Origin: an uncultured virus (IMG/VR IMGVR_UViG_3300037631_003085)
Taxonomy: Duplodnaviria; Heunggongvirae; Uroviricota; Caudoviricetes
Length of the DNA: 64,000 nucleotides
IMG/VR virus record: IMGVR_UViG_3300037631_003085
Reading direction: 5' to 3' (one strand)
Of this stretch, positions 24,959 through 34,721 are shown piece after piece (position 1 is the first letter of the stretch; each line of letters opens with the position of its first letter). Below the pieces are notes generated by a model. That model did not search any database and was not told where the DNA came from. It saw nothing but the letters and a program-made list of their open reading frames with translations. A program made the position numbers and the translations under genes.

Positions 24959-27900
24959 ATGTCATTGGATAGATTTAAAAATAAAGAAGAAGTTGTTGGG
25001 TTCGTTCCAACCTATGGAAACACATTTAACGATGGTGTCGATGGTACTCTTAGACCATTAACTGTAAATGATGTTGATGGTACACTTGCGCCCGGAGTTT
25101 TATCAAAACTCAGACCCAACATGGAACGTCATGTATATTCTGGTGAAAACTTATTAAAGTCAACATACAAACTACCAATACCATATTCTGAAAATGGTAA
25201 CACGTATCCACTAATAACATTACAGCCTGAGAAAGATATCCGTGATGATGGATACTTACAAGGAGTTTATAGTATAGTTTACAACTTCATGCATAAATTA
25301 AATGATGGTGTAAAAGTTAAAGCTATTGGTGGTGATAGGACTGAAGTATTACTTACTGTAAAAGACCCATACCAAATTTCGGAAGCGTCTATCATTAATG
25401 GGAACGTGGGTTCAAGTATTAACAAGCCAGTTATCACTTCTAATGGAAATCCGGTGGTTGCCAATGCATTGTCAGCGAAATCACTCATGACCGCGTTTCA
25501 GTTACCATCCGGACCTATTAATATCAACCCCAATCCACTTCCTCGTGATTTTGAAACACTAAAAGACTTATACTTCCAGCGAGCAAACACTGATTCTACC
25601 TTTACACAAAATAGACCTGACTTTGTATTGAACTTAGGTGATAACAATATAATTGATATTGCAAGTGTGTATTTTGACCAAACACGTGTAGGGTTAGAGT
25701 TGACTGAGAAATCATATCCAAATCGTGGTGGTAGATATAACCACGATGGTGGTGGTTTGATTTCAACCACGTATGTACCATTCGATAGACTATCAGAAAA
25801 GTTAGGTGTATTTACTGAATTTTTAGAAATATACACACCAGCTATCGGTGAACCAACCAAGGTGACTGATGAAAACGGAAATACATTCAATGCTGCTGGG
25901 CGCATGACAGGTCGATGGAGAAGATTTTCACTATACTATGATGACAATAACCAACTTCAATGGAATGGGGCTAGAACATTTGACATCAATCAAGGTGACT
26001 CTAATTTACCAGCAGTAACCCAAGCCCGAAGTGTAAGGGTTATTGAAACTGGCAAAAAAACTAATACTGATTTAAGTAAACTATACTTAACATACAAAAA
26101 ATATAATACTGATTTTGCATTTGATGTGAAGGATATTGTTGTTAAGTTAGCATCACCATTACCCGATAATATAGTTGTTAATAATTTAGTAGAATTAGAT
26201 GCACGTATTAAAGAAAGTTGGGTAGAGAAGTTAGTTATATTTCCAAGTATAGCTAATGTAAGTAGACCTAACTTTTCACAACCCAACTTTGAGTTAGATA
26301 TGTCTGATGTTAAAAGTGCGGGTGGTACAGAATGGCAGAATTGGAACTCGTTGTTAGACGTAAACGCAACAACGTCACAACAATTAATAAATAAATATTT
26401 TAGTGGGTCGTTGGGTTCTATTGACTTAAACATAGACTATTCTGATTTTAAAAATTATGTACATTTTTCATCCGCAACTGAACGTGTAGATAATTTCTTA
26501 TACAAATTACAGCAAATCGAAGCTTACGATTCACGAATAAACACATTACTTAACGTTAGTGGTTCTGAAGCTATAACCAATATATCTCAATCAATGGTCC
26601 GAAGAGATACGTTGATTGGTGGTTTCGATGGATTTGAAAACCACTTGTATTATTCTGAACAACAAAGTAACTATACCCACTGGTCGTCATCAATATATAC
26701 TATTAAACCATACCCTAAACAATCAACATTTCCTCATGTGTTAAAACCAACTACATCTGTTGAAGGTACAACTTGGTATCAAAACACATACGCTAGCGCA
26801 TCGTTGTTTGATGAATTTAATGATGCTTCTCTTAGAAATTCGATACCAATTTACCTAAAAGCAGACCCTCGTAATACAGAGTATATCACATTCGTAGATA
26901 TGATTGGCCAACACTTTGATATTCAGTGGACATATATCAACGCATTAACGAGTATAAATGAACGAGAAGAACACTTCAATGATGGTATGCCTGATGAGGT
27001 ACTAAAGTCGGTAGCAGACTCTCTTGGGTGGAAATTGTCAACAGGATATTCAGACGTATCTCTTTGGAAATATGCATTGGGTGTTAATGCGGATGGAACT
27101 AAATCACAAACCGGTACGTTGGAATCTAAGCCACGTGAGCAAATAACACATGAGATTTGGAGACGTATTGTAAATACAATTCCCATGTTGTACAAGACGA
27201 AGGGGACTGCTCGTTCAATTAAAGCACTACTATCCACATACGGAATCCCACAGGCATTCTTGAAGATTCGTGAGTGGGGTGGTCCTACGATATCCACTCG
27301 TAAAAGTGTTTATGAGCAAGAACGATTTGTAAACAAACTACAAGCGTCACCATCTAAATATATTTCAAATCCATGGGATGATATACAGTCTGATAGACCA
27401 AACTCAATTGAGGTTATTGGTAAAATGCCTAAAGGTAATTATCATATCTTACGATTGAGTGATACATCTGATAATGTAGATTTATTTTGGGACTACTTAA
27501 ATGAAACCGCAAGGCTTAGGTTACGTGTAAATAGTACTGATATCATATCATCATCATATGTTCCTTATAAAGAACGTAGAGAAGTTGCGATATCTTTGAA
27601 TTCAAGTTCAATTGACATCAACGCTGCGTGGGTTGATGATTGGGGTGAACTACTCGCAAACCCAACAGCAACATTAAGTGGTGGTAACTCAACATTCAAT
27701 AGTGTATGGACCTCAACGGGAACAGTTCAAGTACCTGGTCCTACAACGGATACAAATGTAAACTCATATGAGACCGCAAGTATTCAAGAGATTAGATATT
27801 TCAGAGATACTATCTCAAATGAAATCATAACCGAACACGCTAAGAATAGAGAAGCATATTTTAGTGATGACAACACAACTGATTTAGATATTGATACTTC

Positions 27901-29299
27901 ATTCGATAAGTTGATGTATCGAATATTTCCAGATAGTGGATTCAAAACCAATAGTGGTTCTATAAGCTCCATACACCCAAATCAAAGATTTACATCATCT
28001 GATACTGGATTAGTGTTGTCAGCATCATTAGTAAATATGAAGCCATCTGATTTAGTTGGTGAAGTTGATACTCAGTATGTTACCATACCATCAATGGGTG
28101 CATTAAATCTGATGAACAACAAAATTAGAATTGAATCATCTTCATTAAAAGGTCCATTGAGTATAGATAAATCAAATGAGGTATCTCAGTTCGATTATGC
28201 TCCAGTTGATTCTAATTTATTAGGTACTTACTTCTCAACAACCGACACTGTAAACTCGGACATATATAATTCTGAGGGATATTTCGAAGCTGATGATTGG
28301 GTGGGTGATACTGATAAGAGATATAATGAGGATTACCCATTACTAAAGTATAGAGCTAAGAATTATTTCCAAAAATACACTACGGGTACTTCATTGGATT
28401 TGATTATGGATATGTTATCTCGTTATGATATGTCTGTATTCGACCAAATAAAACAACTAATTCCAGCACGTGTGGATTGGCATAAGGGTATATTGATAGA
28501 ACCTCATGTGTTTGAACGTAATAAGTTTCAGAGAGAACGTGGTGTGTCTATATCTAGCCATTATTATGAAGGTACTATATCAGTAGGTGATGGTATAATT
28601 ACAGCAAGTAGAAACGATTATGGTTTAAGTAGTGGGTCATCTCGTCCAGATGGGGTTGTGAGTCTATATGATTACGAACCATCTACTTATAAATTTGACA
28701 TTGCTACTTTGAGTGGGGATACCTACGTAACACGATATAATGGTTATTGGGAGTACTCCCCAACCGGTTCCACTATTTTAGAGGCTCGACCTTCTAAAAT
28801 ATATTTAGAACCAAAATACTTCTTCGCTACTAATGAAGATGCTGTGACAATGACACCGAATTCAACTTCGTTTCATTATACGGATGTACAAGACACTAGA
28901 CTACCACTTTCATTTCAAAACCTATTTTATAATGGTTGTAAGGTAAGTAGTGATTCGTTAACCACGGATTCACAAGACACACCCGATGGTGGGCCGGTAG
29001 TTGAAATAACAAAAGTAGACCCGAACGTTATAGTATTCTCTGGTCAAACTGGAGATGTGTTAGCTAACGAACAAAAAACAAAACCAAAATTAGTTAGTAT
29101 CATGCCGGCTGACGCATTGATTTCGGTTAAAAAAGAAAACGATAAACTAAAACGACAATTACCATCCGCTGACCTTGAAAGGCAATCGTTAAAACCACTA
29201 CCATTTGTAGTGAAATTGCCAAAACCTAAGTTTAGATTTAAAGAAAATACAGAAAATAAATTACTAAAAGGTATACTAAAAAGGTTTAATCGGAGATGA
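24959..29299 (+). CDS. large baseplate/tail structural protein
   Basis: 1446 aa; MIGQHFD, YKTKGT.RS..AL...YG motif as in baseplate wedge/tail P2-I-like domains. Confidence 0.7.
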   Translation: MSLDRFKNKEEVVGFVPTYGNTFNDGVDGTLRPLTVNDVDGTLAPGVLSKLRPNMERHVYSGENLLKSTYKLPIPYSENGNTYPLITLQPEKDIRDDGYLQGVYSIVYNFMHKLNDGVKVKAIGGDRTEVLLTVKDPYQISEASIINGNVGSSINKPVITSNGNPVVANALSAKSLMTAFQLPSGPININPNPLPRDFETLKDLYFQRANTDSTFTQNRPDFVLNLGDNNIIDIASVYFDQTRVGLELTEKSYPNRGGRYNHDGGGLISTTYVPFDRLSEKLGVFTEFLEIYTPAIGEPTKVTDENGNTFNAAGRMTGRWRRFSLYYDDNNQLQWNGARTFDINQGDSNLPAVTQARSVRVIETGKKTNTDLSKLYLTYKKYNTDFAFDVKDIVVKLASPLPDNIVVNNLVELDARIKESWVEKLVIFPSIANVSRPNFSQPNFELDMSDVKSAGGTEWQNWNSLLDVNATTSQQLINKYFSGSLGSIDLNIDYSDFKNYVHFSSATERVDNFLYKLQQIEAYDSRINTLLNVSGSEAITNISQSMVRRDTLIGGFDGFENHLYYSEQQSNYTHWSSSIYTIKPYPKQSTFPHVLKPTTSVEGTTWYQNTYASASLFDEFNDASLRNSIPIYLKADPRNTEYITFVDMIGQHFDIQWTYINALTSINEREEHFNDGMPDEVLKSVADSLGWKLSTGYSDVSLWKYALGVNADGTKSQTGTLESKPREQITHEIWRRIVNTIPMLYKTKGTARSIKALLSTYGIPQAFLKIREWGGPTISTRKSVYEQERFVNKLQASPSKYISNPWDDIQSDRPNSIEVIGKMPKGNYHILRLSDTSDNVDLFWDYLNETARLRLRVNSTDIISSSYVPYKERREVAISLNSSSIDINAAWVDDWGELLANPTATLSGGNSTFNSVWTSTGTVQVPGPTTDTNVNSYETASIQEIRYFRDTISNEIITEHAKNREAYFSDDNTTDLDIDTSFDKLMYRIFPDSGFKTNSGSISSIHPNQRFTSSDTGLVLSASLVNMKPSDLVGEVDTQYVTIPSMGALNLMNNKIRIESSSLKGPLSIDKSNEVSQFDYAPVDSNLLGTYFSTTDTVNSDIYNSEGYFEADDWVGDTDKRYNEDYPLLKYRAKNYFQKYTTGTSLDLIMDMLSRYDMSVFDQIKQLIPARVDWHKGILIEPHVFERNKFQRERGVSISSHYYEGTISVGDGIITASRNDYGLSSGSSRPDGVVSLYDYEPSTYKFDIATLSGDTYVTRYNGYWEYSPTGSTILEARPSKIYLEPKYFFATNEDAVTMTPNSTSFHYTDVQDTRLPLSFQNLFYNGCKVSSDSLTTDSQDTPDGGPVVEITKVDPNVIVFSGQTGDVLANEQKTKPKLVSIMPADALISVKKENDKLKRQLPSADLERQSLKPLPFVVKLPKPKFRFKENTENKLLKGILKRFNRR

Positions 29300-29354
29300 T
29301 ATGGTTAAATAAAATAAAAAACCATATTTATATACAAATAATAGGAAAGAGAAC

Positions 29355-30032
29355 ATGGGATTTTTAGACAATTCATCAGTAACAGTAGACGCTATTCTGA
29401 CCAAAAAGGGTAGAGAGTTATTAGCAGAGGGACGTGACAAGTTCCAAATCACCCAATTCGCATTAGCGGATGATGAGGTTGATTACGAACTATGGAATCC
29501 AGCACACTCGTTGGGTTCTGACTACTATGGTATCATCATTGAGAATATGCCTGTAATAGAGGCAATCACTGATGAAAACTATGCAATGAAATACAAATTA
29601 CTTTCATTACCAAAAACGACCACAAGGTTACCATTTATATCAGTGTCACCATCAACTATCACTTTAGATGAAGGTGTAAACAATACTATCATGTCGGTGG
29701 TAACTAAAAATGGTGGTAACGAAAACTTAGGTTATACAGCAATTCTACTTAACAAAGATGCTGGTAGTATTAGTGGTAATGCTGGTGTTCCTGGAAACAT
29801 AACTCCAATCATAAATGTTGGTACATACAATACCAATCAATCACAAACTGTTGTGGGTAAAAATCAATTTACATTCCAATCGGCGGCTAATCTACCAAAC
29901 GATACCGCAATTTCAACTCGTGTAGTTATCATAGGTAATGAAACTGGTGGTAGAACTGAGATTGACATAACTGTTAATCCGGTGACTGACGCACAAACAG
30001 CAGTAGTGGTTGTAAATAATAATTTAGCTTAA
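29355..30032 (+). CDS. virion structural protein
   Basis: VDAILTKKGRELLA...ITQFALADDEVDY, typical tail/baseplate N-terminus. Confidence 0.75.
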   Translation: MGFLDNSSVTVDAILTKKGRELLAEGRDKFQITQFALADDEVDYELWNPAHSLGSDYYGIIIENMPVIEAITDENYAMKYKLLSLPKTTTRLPFISVSPSTITLDEGVNNTIMSVVTKNGGNENLGYTAILLNKDAGSISGNAGVPGNITPIINVGTYNTNQSQTVVGKNQFTFQSAANLPNDTAISTRVVIIGNETGGRTEIDITVNPVTDAQTAVVVVNNNLA

Positions 30033-30048
30033 AAAATAGGATAATAAA

Positions 30049-31287
30049 ATGGCAGTACAATCGATAGGTAATACAGGTGGTGGAGGTGGTGGCAACCGCG
30101 GAAACCAAGGACCATCTGCTGGCCCAAGCGGTACATCAGGTGGTAATAGGGGTGGTTCTCAAAGACCTTCTATTAGTAGGGGAAATCTTCCTGGTCTTGC
30201 TCAAGCAGAAACTCTTGCTCAAATTCAAGCAATAGATACAGTAGAAAACCAAACTCCGGTAATCCCTGCAGGTGCATATGATTATGGTAGTGGTAAAGTA
30301 TATACTGCTTTTACTGTCGAAGACATTGTAGAGGGAAATACACAAAGAATCACACGTGGTTTATGGAGTGGTAAGGTCGGTGAACTAATAACATTCGCTA
30401 CCTCATCGTTTCAATCGGATACTCAAAAACAATACTACCATGAGATATATAATGGAGACCCAACGGATTCAACGAAAGAATCTCAGTTCTCAGTTGCATA
30501 TGGGCACTACGCTGGTAGTGGTTCATCTAATGATGGTTCTAATGAAGATTCACCATCAAACGCAATGTACTCACAATTTCAACAAGTATTGTTACCATCT
30601 AACCAAACACGATTTACATTTAACGATGTAACTCAAGATGACGTTTACATCCTAACAATTAATAGAGCCAGAATTAAAGATAAATTAGATCCTGGAAATT
30701 GGGAACTTGTATTATCGGGTTCTAATGGTGAGACCCTTAGACTTATTGATAATAGTGGTGACACTAATCAATTAGGAAACTCAAACAAAAATAAATACAA
30801 CATCGTATCGGGTTCTTTAACTGATGGTGTACTTACCGAGGATGAGGTCTTTGGAGAAGTATATCCTCAATTTGGTGTAATTGTATTATCAGCCGCAGCA
30901 TTAGACGCTTCAGCATCATTTGGTACTATCAGAACAACTAACACTGATGCACAAAACCATAATAAATTGTTTACAGCAATTAGTGGAGCTGCATTTGAGA
31001 ATCCAGCAAACGGATTCCAAGCTAGAAGTGAAGAAGAAGTTAAATCAACATTCTTCTTTGTTAGAGCTAAAAATGGTGAATATAATTACTCAAACAACCC
31101 ATCGTATGTTACGGGTTCAGTTGGTAAGTTAAGACAACAAACATTTGTAGGTGACCCTAAGTCATACATTACTTCAGTTGGGTTGTATAACAATGACAAT
31201 GAACTTTTAGCAATTGCAAAGTTATCTAAACCTTTATTGAAATCATTCTCTAATGAAATTCTGATTAAGGTTAAGCTAGACTTTTAA
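30049..31287 (+). CDS. virion structural protein
   Basis: C-terminal YITSVGLYN...ELLAIAKLSKP tail-collar-like motif. Confidence 0.75.
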   Translation: MAVQSIGNTGGGGGGNRGNQGPSAGPSGTSGGNRGGSQRPSISRGNLPGLAQAETLAQIQAIDTVENQTPVIPAGAYDYGSGKVYTAFTVEDIVEGNTQRITRGLWSGKVGELITFATSSFQSDTQKQYYHEIYNGDPTDSTKESQFSVAYGHYAGSGSSNDGSNEDSPSNAMYSQFQQVLLPSNQTRFTFNDVTQDDVYILTINRARIKDKLDPGNWELVLSGSNGETLRLIDNSGDTNQLGNSNKNKYNIVSGSLTDGVLTEDEVFGEVYPQFGVIVLSAAALDASASFGTIRTTNTDAQNHNKLFTAISGAAFENPANGFQARSEEEVKSTFFFVRAKNGEYNYSNNPSYVTGSVGKLRQQTFVGDPKSYITSVGLYNNDNELLAIAKLSKPLLKSFSNEILIKVKLDF

Positions 31288-31299
31288 CGATGGTCACTC

Positions 31300-31866
31300 A
31301 TGGGAATAGCATTAAAAAAAATATTCAATGGTGGTATTCAGAGAAGACCATTTAAAGCTCATAAAAGATATGAAGTTACGAATGTAAACCACTCATCATC
31401 TTTTGAGATTTCTGTACTTAGGGGTATTTCGGATAATGGTACATTAACCGAAGTATCAACGTCAGTGTCGGGTGAAATTGGTGTAGATACATTTTTGACA
31501 TCATCTCATGGTGTAACTGATGAATTAAATTCTATACCACAATATATTGTATGGAATTCAATAAACTCCACATTCTTTAAAAGAAGAACTGATATTAAAC
31601 TATACGATACAGCTTCAATAGTATCGATTCCACAAAATAAATTTGGTGATGGTATAAAGCCGGGTTCTATTTCTATTATTGACAACTCAAATTACCCAGC
31701 ATCGGCTATACGACTTTATGACCAAAAAGTTGATGATGAATATGGATTACTAATCGCAAGTGAACAAACTGGATCGTCATATATTAAGTCAACCGATACT
31801 TTAGTTTATTTGGATTTTGAATCAGACACAAGTGATAAATCTAACTTTGTAAATAGAATTGTGTAA
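31300..31866 (+). CDS. virion structural protein (N-terminal-like half)
   Basis: SIPQNKFGDGIKPGS motif; stop overlaps the next start (TAATG). Confidence 0.7.
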   Translation: MGIALKKIFNGGIQRRPFKAHKRYEVTNVNHSSSFEISVLRGISDNGTLTEVSTSVSGEIGVDTFLTSSHGVTDELNSIPQYIVWNSINSTFFKRRTDIKLYDTASIVSIPQNKFGDGIKPGSISIIDNSNYPASAIRLYDQKVDDEYGLLIASEQTGSSYIKSTDTLVYLDFESDTSDKSNFVNRIV

Positions 31867-33329
31867 TGGGTGTATTTAAAATAAACATAACAAATGATTC
31901 AGCTAATACCAAAGTTACAAGTGGAGCAAGCCCTTTTACATCTGCGATAGTAACCAAAGAGGTATCAAATGGTATCAATGGTACTATATTATATCTGACA
32001 TTTTACGTTCACCCAAATTCAGATTACTACTTTGACAACTTCACCGACTTAACCTATACAATTGGTGGTACTGGTTATACAGCCGCAAGTAATGGTTCTG
32101 TATATAGTTCTGGCAATACATCATTGTCAGTATCTATGGTAAATGGGTCTATACGAGTTGATGGTATTCACCAAATTGAGCCTGGAGTAACATTAAACCT
32201 AACTTTAGGTGGTGGTGCAATATCATTATCATCAGACCCACCATCCGATGGAGATTCTATTGCAGCTGGCAGTGATTCGGCTATCTCGTCAAATCCGGTA
32301 TCTGGTATTGGTAACACATATAACTTTGAACAAACACGTAGTATTCAAATCAAACATCAAAGTCATTTTAATATATTAAATAAAAATGATGATTGGGCAG
32401 TTTCATTTGGAGCAACCATCCCACCATCACAATCAATTGCAGGTAGACGAGAGTTTAGCTTAGTTCAAAAACGAAATACACTATCCACCATAGGTGATGA
32501 TGGATTGGAGACCACAAAAGCCGATGGGTCTGGTCAGTACCCATTTGACATATCATTCTACTCAGAAAACCACCCAACAAGTCCTGGTCATATATTTGTA
32601 AAAGCCTCAGATGGTAATATTACAATGAACTTTTCCTCATCCACAGCATACGCTGATGGAACACATCACAAATATGTACTCAATAAAAAAGACGACCTCA
32701 TCTACTTATACGTTGATGGTATTGTTGACACATCAGCATCTTATTCGTTTAAGACAAATGTAAACAATGATAGGGATATACTTATAGGCAGTCGTGATGT
32801 TGAAAATACTGAAGCAAACTTTAGTGGTTCTATATCACAATTTAGAATATCAAAAACCGCATTAACTGATGATAATATAATATCGCTAGCAGATACTTCT
32901 CCAAGTGGGTCTGCTCTACAAAGAAAAGAAGTGGGTTATGTATTTTATAAACAAGGTATGATTATTACGTCAGACCCAAGGTATAGATATCAGAATATAT
33001 TTTTAGGAAATAACAATGGTGATTATACAAATCGTGATTATGAATTAAAGTATAGGTCTACTAAAACAATCGAAGAAGTTTCTGTATTATGTGAGATAAA
33101 TAGAAACGAATACAATGTGTCATCAAACCCATCGCTTCGAGTTGGCGGCACCGCTGATGATAACCGATTAATAAATATGGTCACAGGTTCAGACTTTAGA
33201 CCATACATTACTCAGCTTGGATTATATAACGACACTGGTGACTTATTAGCAATAGCAAAGTTAGGTTCACCATTGAAAAAGAGACAAGACGTTGACGTGA
33301 CAATCAACGTTAAATTTGATATAGACTAA
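31866..33329 (+). CDS. LamG/concanavalin-domain virion protein
   Basis: DG..H, LYVDG, IGS, FSGSISQFRI...AL; C-terminal PYITQLGLYND.GDLLAIAKL paralogous to 30049-31287. Confidence 0.75.
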   Translation: MGVFKINITNDSANTKVTSGASPFTSAIVTKEVSNGINGTILYLTFYVHPNSDYYFDNFTDLTYTIGGTGYTAASNGSVYSSGNTSLSVSMVNGSIRVDGIHQIEPGVTLNLTLGGGAISLSSDPPSDGDSIAAGSDSAISSNPVSGIGNTYNFEQTRSIQIKHQSHFNILNKNDDWAVSFGATIPPSQSIAGRREFSLVQKRNTLSTIGDDGLETTKADGSGQYPFDISFYSENHPTSPGHIFVKASDGNITMNFSSSTAYADGTHHKYVLNKKDDLIYLYVDGIVDTSASYSFKTNVNNDRDILIGSRDVENTEANFSGSISQFRISKTALTDDNIISLADTSPSGSALQRKEVGYVFYKQGMIITSDPRYRYQNIFLGNNNGDYTNRDYELKYRSTKTIEEVSVLCEINRNEYNVSSNPSLRVGGTADDNRLINMVTGSDFRPYITQLGLYNDTGDLLAIAKLGSPLKKRQDVDVTINVKFDID

Positions 33330-33335
33330 AAAGTT

Positions 33336-33767
33336 ATGGCAAAAGGAAATTGGTCCCACATCCAAAAGATGAAGGGTCATAAAAGTGGTTTGGAGACTCG
33401 TATAGATGAGCAACTTAAATTACAAGGTATTGATGGTGAGTACGAGAAGCATGAATTCGGATATACAATTCCAGCAACTAATCATACTTACAAACCAGAC
33501 TTTAGATTACCTAATGGTATATTCATAGAGTCGAAGGGGTGGTTCTTGCCCGATGATAGGAAGAAACATCTTTTAATCAAAGAGCAAAATCCTAACGTTG
33601 ATTTACGATTCGTTTTACAATCTCCCAATGGTAAAATTTACAAAGGTTCAAAGACCACTTACGCACAATGGTGTGAGAAGAATGGATTCAAATGGGCCAA
33701 GAAAGAAATACCCCAAGAGTGGATTGATGAAAAACCTTCCGCTGATTTCTTTGATTATTCAAAATAA
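33336..33767 (+). CDS. T7 endonuclease I-like Holliday junction resolvase
   Basis: KSGLE, HTYKPDFRLPNGIFIESKG, DRKKHLLIKEQ.P..DLRFV, TYAQWCEK.GF. Confidence 0.92.
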   Translation: MAKGNWSHIQKMKGHKSGLETRIDEQLKLQGIDGEYEKHEFGYTIPATNHTYKPDFRLPNGIFIESKGWFLPDDRKKHLLIKEQNPNVDLRFVLQSPNGKIYKGSKTTYAQWCEKNGFKWAKKEIPQEWIDEKPSADFFDYSK

Positions 33768-33780
33768 TTTCGTATATTAG
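33750..33780 (+). promoter_or_regulatory. Bacteroidota-type promoter for the primase/recombination genes
   Basis: TTTG 33750-33753, 19-nt spacer, TATATTAG 33773-33780. Confidence 0.5.
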
Positions 33781-33785
33781 TAGTT

Positions 33786-34721
33786 ATGGAAGAAAGACTA
33801 CTTGAATTATTAGAGTCCGTACTTGGGTCATCCAAGAAAACGAGTGGGGATAATTATGCATTCTATTCACCATTTGTTGACCATTACAAACCAAAGTTAG
33901 AGATTAATATACGAATTAATTCTAAAGGAAACAACCCGTGGCATTGTTGGATTTCTGATGAGAAGGGTAGAAGTATCAAGACACTCTTCAAGAAACTTCG
34001 CGTATCCAAGTCAACTTGGGATGAGTACAACTCGATATTCAGTAAGGTAAATCGTTATAGAAGTGAATACGATAATGTAGACGTTGTAGAGCAAGTAGAG
34101 CTTCCCAAAGAATTCCAACCACTTTATAACCCATCAAACTCTTACAAACGGAAACACGCACTAAACTATTTGTTAGGTCGTGGTGTTAGGCCTGAAGACA
34201 TTGTAAAGTATAATATTGGGTTTTGTGATGAGGGTGAATATAGAGATAAGATTATAATTCCATCGTATGATGAACGTGGTAAATTAAACTTCTTTGTTGG
34301 TAGGTCATTCTATCAGACTCAATACAAACATAAAAACCCAAAGGTATCTAAGGACATTGTGGGTTTTGAATTACTTATCAATTGGGATACACCACTGGTG
34401 TTATGTGAAGGTGCATTTGATGCATTATCAATACGAAGAAACGCAATACCATTATTTGGTAAAGCTATACAATCTGAATTAGAGAAGAAAATAATTGGAA
34501 ATAAAGTAAAAAAGTTGTATATTGTATTAGATTCAGATGCTATAAAGAATGCTCTGCGTCTTACAAAGAAGTTTATGTCGTATGGAATTGAGACTCACCT
34601 TGTAGACTTAGGTGACCAAGACCCATCAGATATGGGCTATGAAAATGTTAATGAATTAATTTATAATACTCCACCAATGGACCTTAGAAAGTTGGTTGAG
34701 TATGAACTATATAGAGTATGA
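33786..34721 (+). CDS. DNA primase (DnaG/gp61-like, TOPRIM)
   Basis: IIIP, FVGRS, LCEGAFDAL, LDSDA, DPSD. Confidence 0.88.
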   Translation: MEERLLELLESVLGSSKKTSGDNYAFYSPFVDHYKPKLEINIRINSKGNNPWHCWISDEKGRSIKTLFKKLRVSKSTWDEYNSIFSKVNRYRSEYDNVDVVEQVELPKEFQPLYNPSNSYKRKHALNYLLGRGVRPEDIVKYNIGFCDEGEYRDKIIIPSYDERGKLNFFVGRSFYQTQYKHKNPKVSKDIVGFELLINWDTPLVLCEGAFDALSIRRNAIPLFGKAIQSELEKKIIGNKVKKLYIVLDSDAIKNALRLTKKFMSYGIETHLVDLGDQDPSDMGYENVNELIYNTPPMDLRKLVEYELYRV

